Shown here one piece after another: positions 9,346 through 17,559 of a DNA stretch of 64,000 nucleotides (its first letter is position 1; each line of letters starts with the position of its first letter). The stretch covers positions 14,536 to 78,535 of the forward strand of contig JBHLON010000014.1 in NCBI GenBank assembly GCA_048940445.1, written 5' to 3'. A program made the position numbers and the translations under genes. The notes under the pieces were generated by a model. That model saw only the letters and a program-made list of their open reading frames with translations. It had not been told where the DNA came from and ran no database searches. The stretch is from Promethearchaeota archaeon. GTDB lineage: Archaea; Asgardarchaeota; Lokiarchaeia; Sigyniarchaeales; SOKP01.

Positions 9346-10641
9346 TTATTCTTGTTCTTTCAACTTTTTATTAATTTCATCCAATATCTTATATTTTGGA
9401 AAATCTTTTAGAATTGAAGTTAAAATGGTTTTTTCTCTTTTAATTCTGTCATAATCCTCTAATTTTAGGTTAATTATATTTTGAAAAGCTAAACCCTTAA
9501 ACTTATCTACTAAATCATCTGAAATTGTTTCTTTTTGATATTTCCCAAATAAGAAATTGATGTAATCAGGTAGAAATTTCTTTAGAGGTGATTTTATATT
9601 TCTATCAAATAGTTTATCAGAAATGTCATTTAAAATATTGTCTAATAAATCTACGGTTTGTGAATTTCTTTCTTCTTTAGAGATGTCAGGTTGTAATCTT
9701 TTGAGATAACTAAACTTTAGAATGTTCTCATCTATAATTAAATGCAGCATTTTATCAATTTTGTCATCTTCTCGAAAACAATATACCATCTCATCATTAA
9801 ATCTTAAATTGAAAAATTTTGAACCATATAAATTCTCTTCAGTAATCTTTTGCACACAAAAAGTAAGTGTAGCTAGCTTAATATTATATTTAAGAGCGAA
9901 ATTTTCTTGTGAAATATATTCTGGATATCGACTTGGATGATTTATAGAAAGAAACAATAATATTTTATAAAAATCTTCTTTTGATGGGAGTATATTCTCA
10001 ATGACGCTATAATTAAAATGATTAATTAAATCAAGAAGTAAAATTTCTATTAGGTTATCTTCGATATCCTGCTCCTTAAGAAACTTTCTGGCATTTTCTT
10101 TGATACTTTCTATCTTATCTATCTCTTCTTCTAAAATTGATTGATAATCTAATTGATATTTTTTCAGCATTTTATTATATCGTTCCTCACCGACCTTAGT
10201 GATTCTGTATTCCATATTTTCGCTATCGACAAAACCTTTTTTCATTAAAAGATTTAAATATTTTGATAGAGAATTATGATTGAGAGAAAGAGGCTTTTCA
10301 ATAAAATCTGACCACTTTAAATAGTCGTTATTAAATAACATCCACAAGATGATATGAACATAATTTCTCTTGTTCAAAATGATCTCTGGAGGATATCTTA
10401 ATTTTCTCTCAAATGAGTCTTTAAATTTCAAATCTATATATCTTTTCTTACCTTCAGTAGTAGCTACATAAACTCCTTTACTCTTTTTCCCAACATAGCC
10501 GTTTGAAATTAATAATTTCATATATTTAGACAATGTAGCTAGGCTGATTTCTAGTGGCTTATCTAAAAAGACAGACCAATTACACTCCTCATTATTATTT
10601 AGCATCCAGAGGATTATATATTCAAAATCTTTCTTCTCCAT
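9346..10641 (-). CDS. Tandem winged-HTH transcription regulator
   Basis: Two repeats of IILWML.NN....WS.F..KPL......LSKY...L...G.V......Y..T..G..RY. The true start is probably upstream of 10641. Confidence 0.8.
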   Translation of the reverse strand: MEKKDFEYIILWMLNNNEECNWSVFLDKPLEISLATLSKYMKLLISNGYVGKKSKGVYVATTEGKKRYIDLKFKDSFERKLRYPPEIILNKRNYVHIILWMLFNNDYLKWSDFIEKPLSLNHNSLSKYLNLLMKKGFVDSENMEYRITKVGEERYNKMLKKYQLDYQSILEEEIDKIESIKENARKFLKEQDIEDNLIEILLLDLINHFNYSVIENILPSKEDFYKILLFLSINHPSRYPEYISQENFALKYNIKLATLTFCVQKITEENLYGSKFFNLRFNDEMVYCFREDDKIDKMLHLIIDENILKFSYLKRLQPDISKEERNSQTVDLLDNILNDISDKLFDRNIKSPLKKFLPDYINFLFGKYQKETISDDLVDKFKGLAFQNIINLKLEDYDRIKREKTILTSILKDFPKYKILDEINKKLKEQE

Positions 10642-10902
10642 GCCTGATGGGTTAATTAAATCTTCTGGAGGATAATTGATTTTTTTAGCACAGATTTTAT
10701 TAATACACCTATTATTATTTCTTTATTTTAATTTTCAATTAAATTTTGAGTAATCTCGCTCATATATAAGATATAACAAATATGTTTAAAAAATTTCATT
10801 TAAAAATAAAAATCCTCATATTTAATATTTTTTATTTAAATAACTCAAACTTCGGATTATATGCAAAATTCCGAACTGTTTCTTGGAATAATAAGTGGAA
10901 GA

Positions 10903-10944
10903 TATTCTAAGTTCGCTAAAGGTTTCGAACTTAAATCTAAAAAT
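10903..10944 (+). promoter_or_regulatory. 42-bp conserved upstream motif, copy B
   Basis: TATTCTAAGTTCGCTAAAGGTTTCGAACTTAAATCTAAAAAT, 33/42 identical to copy A, 76 bp before ATG 11021. Confidence 0.7.
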
Positions 10945-11020
10945 AAAGATTAAGCATAATAACCAATTGACACAAATTTGCCAAAAAAGAAAAATAAATA
11001 ACAAAAAAGGATGAAAAAAA

Positions 11021-11791
11021 ATGAATAGAAATAACCTATCTAAATTGATTCTCTTAACCTTTCTGATGTTCGCTATTTTCAGTTTTATACCAGTAGTTGC
11101 AGCAAGCTCAGGTAATGTAACCAAAAGACCATTAGATGATTGGTTAGATCCGAATTACGCTGCTTTCCCGTGGGGCGAAAAAAATTGGGCTTTTTATGAC
11201 TTTTGGAGCCCTTATTCTGGTTTAGTGACGAAGATGGGGTTACCTTGGCCTTTGGCTGGCTTCTACCCATTCGTTAACGACATGATATACGAAAATAGTT
11301 TAGTAATAGGAGATACTATAATTGATGGTAATATTAAAGAACGAGCATTAAACGATGGAACTGCTTTAATAACCCTGCAATTAAATGTGAAAAACGCTCC
11401 ATGTTCAGTGTATGATTACTTCGATTTTATTCTTTACTGTCTTGGGGCTGCTCCTTACCCTCAAGCTGTATTGGGAGATGGAATTGATGGGTATATCGAT
11501 TATACCGTGTTAGTTAAATTTTATATCCCTGAACCTGGAGCAGAGTTACCAAATGTATTTGATATGTGGTATTATTATGTCTCGATTAATATTCACGGTA
11601 TTGGTTATGGAACATTAACAGAACGTGCAGTTGAGCTCGGTTTTGCCGAAACTGCTGGTGCACCCGGAATGGTAGAACTTCATCACATAGCCCTTTTTAA
11701 GCCTGATTTCAAAGAAACTCATCCTAAATATGATCCATTTTATGGTGATTTATGGCCAGTTGACTCCGTTGAAGTTTATGAATTGAGTTAG
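11021..11791 (+). CDS. Secreted protein of unknown function, paralog of 15083..15880
   Basis: Signal peptide; shared motifs KRPLDDW, NVKNAP, HG.G.GT, HP.Y, LW.VD.V. Confidence 0.8.
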   Translation: MNRNNLSKLILLTFLMFAIFSFIPVVAASSGNVTKRPLDDWLDPNYAAFPWGEKNWAFYDFWSPYSGLVTKMGLPWPLAGFYPFVNDMIYENSLVIGDTIIDGNIKERALNDGTALITLQLNVKNAPCSVYDYFDFILYCLGAAPYPQAVLGDGIDGYIDYTVLVKFYIPEPGAELPNVFDMWYYYVSINIHGIGYGTLTERAVELGFAETAGAPGMVELHHIALFKPDFKETHPKYDPFYGDLWPVDSVEVYELS

Positions 11792-11846
11792 AAGCAGATT
11801 AATGGAGAGAAATACCAAGTGAGGGTTGAAATTTTTAAATAATAAT

Positions 11847-11933
11847 ATAGAACAAGGAGGAAAAAGATTAGAATAATGGCTTCTCGAATGACCACATCCA
11901 AACCGCTATTCCTCCATTCTTTTTTTTTTTTTT
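11847..11933 (+). terminator. Stem-loop plus T-tract, 3' element copy 2
   Basis: atagaacaaggaggaa ... ttcctccattct followed by a long T run. Confidence 0.6.
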
Positions 11934-12068
11934 AAAATATTCTTTTTAATTTTTGCTTCTTTTTAGATTCTGATAAAATTATATCTTAAATCTGATTATC
12001 ATAGACAGAAAAGTTTAAAAATAGAATCAACCAATCTTCAAGTTATACATAAATGTGAATTCTATTAA

Positions 12069-13778
12069 ATGATTAAAATGATAGAAAAAGCTTCTTCTAA
12101 AAAAAGATTTCCTAATATCAAAGAATTCAAGAAAATAATCATAGTTGGAGGGTCAATAATAAGCTTAGCGATAGTTGGGATTATAAGTGGAATTATTATT
12201 ATGGGAGAGATCCCGCAAGGAGGTATTCTTAAAGTAGGTATAACTAAACCTATTGGAGAAATTGACCCTCTTATGTATAGCTTTTCTTCAGAAGAAATAG
12301 TAATTAATCATGTTACCGAGACGTTATTTGATAATATTTATATAGGTGGTAAATCTCAAACTCTTCCTCATCTAGCATTAGATGGAAATTGGAGTTCGGA
12401 CTACCTAAATTTCACATGCACACTTAGAAAGAATGTCATGTTCCATGACGGAACGCCATTTAATGCTGCAGCTGTTAAATGGAACTTCGATAGAATTACT
12501 CAAATTATCGATTCATCACTTCTATCTTGGTATTTGTGGGGTTACCTATTTTTTTTACCAGATGGGCGCTGGATTGTAAATAAAACTCTAGTCTTAGATT
12601 CCCATATTGTAAAATTTGTTTTAAATGATGTTTTTGTACCTTTTCGAGAATTATTAACTCATAGTACTACAAGTATTTTATCACCATCATCAACCCCTGC
12701 GGATAAACCCCTAAATACACACATTGATAATTTAGTTGGAACCGGTCCTTTTATATATGATGGTTATGAACCTAATGTCAATATGTCATTATCTCCTAAT
12801 CAGGATTACTGGGGAACAAAACCTGAAATTGATAAGGTAATTTTAAAGTTTTATTCTCCAACTAATGATACTAATCGTATTAACATTTTATGGAATGCGC
12901 TTTTAGCAGGAGAAATTCATATAGTAGACCGGGACTTTATTAAATTTTTAATAAGGTTCTATCCAGAAAGATCTATCGAACTCCTTAAAGGTGTTGCAGG
13001 AATTACAGTTCAACAAAAGCCTACTATAAGCTATTTTTATGTTTTTTTTTATCCTAAACTTATTAATAGTACAATGAGAAAGGCAATATCTTATGCAATT
13101 AACTATTCTAATATCCTTGAAATAGTTCCTAACTCTATAACAGCCAGATCCCCAATTCCAGAAGGTATCCCTTACTCTAACATTACTGGTATTGACATTC
13201 CTTATTATAACATTTCAAAAGCAAGACAAATGTTAATTGACGAAGGTTGGCCTGGAACAGCGGGTTTAACGGCAAATGACAATATTACAGCAGGAAACGA
13301 ATGGGAACAATTAGTAACTAATGGATTCCCTCTTGCTATATATAATTTATCTTATTATCCAGGGAATCCATACAATGAATTACCACCAATTCCTTTTCCA
13401 GAAAATCTTAAACAACTTGGAGTCAATGTATCATGTCAACCAATTTGGAGTGGTGCTCCGTCTCAACTTGAAACATTAATGTGGATGTATGACTATAACG
13501 ATCCACACACTGGTATGCTTGATTATCATTCAAAATGGACTTTATGGACCGACTTTAATGTTAGTGTATTAGATGAATTGATAGAAGAAGGAATTAAGGA
13601 GACAAATCCTGTTTTAAGAGAAGCGATATACTATAATATTCAAAAACTTATAATCGAGGAAATTTGTCCTGTTATATTTACTCTCTCTCCACGAAATTTA
13701 GATATATATGCATCAAATTTAATAGGTTGGCAAATTTATCCATTCAAAATAGTATTTAAAACAGTTTATTTCGTCTAA
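12069..13778 (+). CDS. Family-5 solute-binding protein, paralog of 1430..3211
   Basis: LRKNVMFHDGTPFNAAAVKWN, VGTGPF, MRKAISYA, RSPIPEG, LTA.DN..AGN.WE. Confidence 0.9.
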   Translation: MIKMIEKASSKKRFPNIKEFKKIIIVGGSIISLAIVGIISGIIIMGEIPQGGILKVGITKPIGEIDPLMYSFSSEEIVINHVTETLFDNIYIGGKSQTLPHLALDGNWSSDYLNFTCTLRKNVMFHDGTPFNAAAVKWNFDRITQIIDSSLLSWYLWGYLFFLPDGRWIVNKTLVLDSHIVKFVLNDVFVPFRELLTHSTTSILSPSSTPADKPLNTHIDNLVGTGPFIYDGYEPNVNMSLSPNQDYWGTKPEIDKVILKFYSPTNDTNRINILWNALLAGEIHIVDRDFIKFLIRFYPERSIELLKGVAGITVQQKPTISYFYVFFYPKLINSTMRKAISYAINYSNILEIVPNSITARSPIPEGIPYSNITGIDIPYYNISKARQMLIDEGWPGTAGLTANDNITAGNEWEQLVTNGFPLAIYNLSYYPGNPYNELPPIPFPENLKQLGVNVSCQPIWSGAPSQLETLMWMYDYNDPHTGMLDYHSKWTLWTDFNVSVLDELIEEGIKETNPVLREAIYYNIQKLIIEEICPVIFTLSPRNLDIYASNLIGWQIYPFKIVFKTVYFV

Positions 13779-13839
13779 TATATGCCATGCACATTGGTCT
13801 AAAAAACCATAAACAAATTAAAAAATTTTTAACATGATT

Positions 13840-14892
13840 TTATTCAAATAATGAGGGTATACTTGTCAGATCCATGTCAAAATCTCCCTCTAGGATTTCA
13901 AACCTGATATTGTAATAGTACTTAACAATGTTTGCTAGTAAATCATCTGATGTAAAATAAAAAATGCCCTCATATGTAGTTTGTGCAATACGATTGAAAT
14001 CAAAACCATCTACAAGCGTACATATGAGACCAGGAACCTGCAATAAACAAGTAGGAAATCCACTTTTATCCATGAATTCTCCTCCGTAGGGAATTTCAAG
14101 CATTGCACCAATATCAGCGCTGTTATCCTTATAGTAAATAAAAATATCTCCTTTATTAACTTTGAATATCCCTGTTGTGTTAGCACCAATATCTCTATAT
14201 TGAAAAACTTCAATGTCTATATTACCCTCTCTAGTGTTTATGTCCCAACTACTATTTTGAGCATATTGCACATCATTTGACTTGAAAATCAAATTTCCAT
14301 TATTTATAGTTCCAATTATGTTTCCTTGAATTGAACAGTGCTCAAAATTGTACAAAATATTTCCATTGGAGACGTTTGTTAATAAATCTCTAAAGGAAAC
14401 GCCATAAGGAATAGTTATTTCAAAGTTTCCTTTAGTTAGATTGGTAATAATATCAAATACAATATCTTTTCTAATATTTACAACAATACTTATTTCTTTC
14501 TTTAACCAATATAGTGGATTAAACCAATCATCCGATATAATTTTCAATTTAAGATTTATCTGAGAACTTGAGTTGTTCCATGAAATGTTCAAATAATCAT
14601 CAAATGATTTACCAACTAAGTTTTCTCCAATTAAAGCAATATTTACGTCTATTAATACAAAATAATCAACTGGTGGATTAATATATCTTATTTCTATATT
14701 ACCCTCATCAGCATCAATATATAACTTTTCAATAGATGATGGTGAGCTTGGTTCATATATAAAAGAACGAGATTCGTTAATATGGTCATACAATGAGGAT
14801 CTGAATGAAAGTAATTGGATTGGAATAATTATCATAAGAGAACCCCATAAAATAACCAATATAACTACTCCAACTATACTTTTTTTCGCCAT
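13840..14892 (-). CDS. Membrane-anchored beta-rich protein (DUF4097/adhesin-like), paralog of 3260..4261
   Basis: N-terminal TM, GNI/GNF/GDI strand repeats, same position relative to the SBP gene. Confidence 0.55.
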   Translation of the reverse strand: MAKKSIVGVVILVILWGSLMIIIPIQLLSFRSSLYDHINESRSFIYEPSSPSSIEKLYIDADEGNIEIRYINPPVDYFVLIDVNIALIGENLVGKSFDDYLNISWNNSSSQINLKLKIISDDWFNPLYWLKKEISIVVNIRKDIVFDIITNLTKGNFEITIPYGVSFRDLLTNVSNGNILYNFEHCSIQGNIIGTINNGNLIFKSNDVQYAQNSSWDINTREGNIDIEVFQYRDIGANTTGIFKVNKGDIFIYYKDNSADIGAMLEIPYGGEFMDKSGFPTCLLQVPGLICTLVDGFDFNRIAQTTYEGIFYFTSDDLLANIVKYYYNIRFEILEGDFDMDLTSIPSLFE

Positions 14893-14986
14893 CTTTGATT
14901 CTATTGATTATCAACTATAAAAGATCTACAATCATTTAGATAAGATAAGGGTTTATTTAAATTGATTCTTCTTTGGCAAAATCCAA

Positions 14987-15028
14987 AATTCGAACTTTGC
15001 GCGAAGTTTCAAAGTCAAATCTAAAAAT
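14987..15028 (+). promoter_or_regulatory. 42-bp conserved upstream motif, copy C
   Basis: AATTCGAACTTTGCGCGAAGTTTCAAAGTCAAATCTAAAAAT, 36/42 identical to copy A, 54 bp before ATG 15083. Confidence 0.75.
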
Positions 15029-15082
15029 AAGATTTTAGACCAAATATCAATCACAGCAATTTAAAAAAAAAGTGAAATCTAA

Positions 15083-15880
15083 ATGAACAGAAAATATAGA
15101 GGACTTTTATCAATAACATGTTTAGCAATTTTTGGGATTTTAATCATGGGCGCTATACCAGCAGTACAGGGAGCCTCTTCGATCAAAAGACCACTTGATG
15201 ATTGGTTTTATGATGTCTTTGGTTACGATCTCAATCCCAACGTTGGTGGGTGGGTTGACGGATATCAAGTAAGACCTCAAGGCATAGATTATAATATGAC
15301 CACTGATGAGTGGATCTATCAACCGATTTGGGAATGTACATATGATGGCTTTATCCTTGATAGAGACATGCATGATGGTCGACATATGATTACAGTTAAT
15401 ATAAACGTCAAAAATGCTCCAGTTATCGTTGCTCCACCTTTTGGGAGTGGAGGATATTATTGGGTTTTCCAAGGTTTTATGGATTATAAATATCAATATA
15501 ATTTCATAATAGACATAGAGGTTTGGGCTGGCTGGCTGATAATGTTGGGCTTTGATGATGATGGCTTCGACGAATATGGAAATATCCTGTTACCTAGATG
15601 GGACCTACCCATGGTTTATGGCTCAGTCTTCGGATTTGAATTCATATCAGTGCATTTTCATGGTGATGGAGAAGGAACAATAGTTAACTATTGGGATGAG
15701 TCCTGGGTGGGAAATGGAGATCGTATTTGGGAACCAGGTGAATCAGCAAAATTGAGTACTAATATGGTTGGACTTGTAAAGGATGATTTCAAACTAGATC
15801 ATCCCAATTATTGGCCCTCAGAGTATTCTGGATTGCCTTGGAGTGTATTATGGGCAGTTGACTTCGTAAAATTACATTAA
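15083..15880 (+). CDS. Secreted protein of unknown function, paralog of 11021..11791
   Basis: Signal peptide and the same shared motifs. Confidence 0.8.
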   Translation: MNRKYRGLLSITCLAIFGILIMGAIPAVQGASSIKRPLDDWFYDVFGYDLNPNVGGWVDGYQVRPQGIDYNMTTDEWIYQPIWECTYDGFILDRDMHDGRHMITVNINVKNAPVIVAPPFGSGGYYWVFQGFMDYKYQYNFIIDIEVWAGWLIMLGFDDDGFDEYGNILLPRWDLPMVYGSVFGFEFISVHFHGDGEGTIVNYWDESWVGNGDRIWEPGESAKLSTNMVGLVKDDFKLDHPNYWPSEYSGLPWSVLWAVDFVKLH

Positions 15881-15910
15881 ATTGCTAAAAGAAATTACTC
15901 TCAATACTAT

Positions 15911-15997
15911 ATATAGAAAATGGAGGATCATGACTAAAGAGAGGGCGTTCCGAGAGACTTTATCATAACTCCTCCTTTTCTATATTCCTTTTTTTTT
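15911..15997 (+). terminator. Stem-loop plus T-tract, 3' element copy 3
   Basis: atatagaaaatggagga ... tcctccttttctatat followed by T9. Confidence 0.65.
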
Positions 15998-16033
15998 CTA
16001 TGTAAGATAAATTTAATATATTAAGTAAAATAA

Positions 16034-16588
16034 TTGAAATCGATGATACACATTACTTATTTCGTTCATGGTACTTCTATTCATAACAAAAAAGGAATAG
16101 CTGCTGGATGGCAAGGAAGTAAACTTTCTAATAAAGGTAAAAGGCAAGCAAAAAAACTAGGATTTTTAGTGTTTGATAAAAAATTTGATGTAATTTTTAG
16201 CTCAGATTTAACGAGGGCTATTGAAACCGCCAAATTAGCCTTTTCGAATAAATATAGAATAATTGAAGACAAGAGATTACGAGAAATTAATTTCGGAGAT
16301 TATACCAATTTAAGAGTTACACTATTAAAACCTAAACAAGTTAATTATATAGATAACCCGTTTCCTTCTGGTGAAAGTTATAAGGATGTGGAAACCAGGA
16401 TGGCAAATTTTCTTAATTTTTTAAAAAATGATCATCAAAATAAAAATGTGGTTATTGTGGCTCACCAAGCACCCCAATTAGCCTTAGAAGTGTTATTAAA
16501 TAATAAAACTTGGATTCAAGCTTTCAACGATGATTGGAGAGTTAAAGGAAAATGGCAACCAGGGTGGGAATATATAATTAATTATTGA
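16034..16588 (+). CDS. Histidine phosphatase (phosphoglycerate mutase-like) family protein
   Basis: VHG (RHG variant), SSDLTRA.ETA, RLREINFGD, GES, IVAH. Confidence 0.85.
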   Translation: MKSMIHITYFVHGTSIHNKKGIAAGWQGSKLSNKGKRQAKKLGFLVFDKKFDVIFSSDLTRAIETAKLAFSNKYRIIEDKRLREINFGDYTNLRVTLLKPKQVNYIDNPFPSGESYKDVETRMANFLNFLKNDHQNKNVVIVAHQAPQLALEVLLNNKTWIQAFNDDWRVKGKWQPGWEYIINY

Positions 16589-16592
16589 ATTT

Positions 16593-17543
16593 TTAAATAT
16601 TGAATCCATCGTCAAAGTCATCAAACTCATCCCCATCGATCTCAACGTCAAATCTCTCTACTTCCTGTTCTTTAAGCTTTTTCTTAAGTTCTCTTCGTTC
16701 TTTGTGAGTTTGATCATAGCGCTTAATATAGATTTTTTCATACTTCTCTCGTAATTTTTCTACACTTTCAACCTGTCCAATTTTATCTTGTAATCCATCT
16801 TCAAAAAACCAATTCCTTTTAAATTCTTTTGCAGGAATCCCAACATAAATATAATCATCTCTTAGCACTTGACCTACTGTTGTGACCGAATTAGCCGCTA
16901 GTACACTTCGTTTTCCAATATGAGTTCCTGGCATTACTATTGCATGTGAACCGATTCTAACATCATCTTCAATGATAGTTTTGCGAATAATTAGTAAATT
17001 GCCTATAATAACGCTGGATTGGATTATAGCTCCTTGACCTACAACGCAATTCTTTCCGAATTCAATAAACTCTGTATCCACCCAACCTTCGAATAACGAG
17101 TTGGAAAATTTAGTTCGAACTCCAAAAACCTTAAAGCAAATATTATCCAAAAAGGGGAATGGAAATTTATGAGCTAACCAAAAAGGAAATCTTTTTATTG
17201 TGCTTCTTAAACTCCAGTATCGATAATCCTTATCAGATGGATGTCGTAAAAAAGTTCCTTCTCGTGGTTTATGAATAGCATTTACTATTACAAGAATTAT
17301 TTTTGCAAAAAGAATAGCAGAAAATACTGCAGTAACGTACATCACAAAAAATAAGAGTGGTAAAAAAGTATAGAAATGAATTGGCCTTACATAATCCCAC
17401 AACCATTGCCAATATGCCCAAAATTCAAGCAATAATGGGAGAATAGTAGCCCAAATTATTATAATATAAAAACTTAAATATCGTTTCTTTACTAAAACCG
17501 TCGGTAAAAACGGCCCAACTCGCATTGTATTCGGAACTGACAT
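16593..17543 (-). CDS. Membrane-bound hexapeptide-repeat (LbH) protein, Pls-terminal-domain-like, type-C unit
   Basis: 2 TM, HKPREGTFLR..DYRYW, LbH repeats (IEDDVRIGSHAIVMPGTHIG), YVGIPA. Confidence 0.8.
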   Translation of the reverse strand: MSVPNTMRVGPFLPTVLVKKRYLSFYIIIIWATILPLLLEFWAYWQWLWDYVRPIHFYTFLPLLFFVMYVTAVFSAILFAKIILVIVNAIHKPREGTFLRHPSDKDYRYWSLRSTIKRFPFWLAHKFPFPFLDNICFKVFGVRTKFSNSLFEGWVDTEFIEFGKNCVVGQGAIIQSSVIIGNLLIIRKTIIEDDVRIGSHAIVMPGTHIGKRSVLAANSVTTVGQVLRDDYIYVGIPAKEFKRNWFFEDGLQDKIGQVESVEKLREKYEKIYIKRYDQTHKERRELKKKLKEQEVERFDVEIDGDEFDDFDDGFNI

Positions 17544-17559
17544 CTCTTCTCAATCCTTT

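Noticed and set aside
9299-15028. The 42-bp repeats as CRISPR repeats or IS ends
   Set aside because: Copies are kilobases apart, each oriented to a downstream ATG, with no spacers, cas genes or transposase
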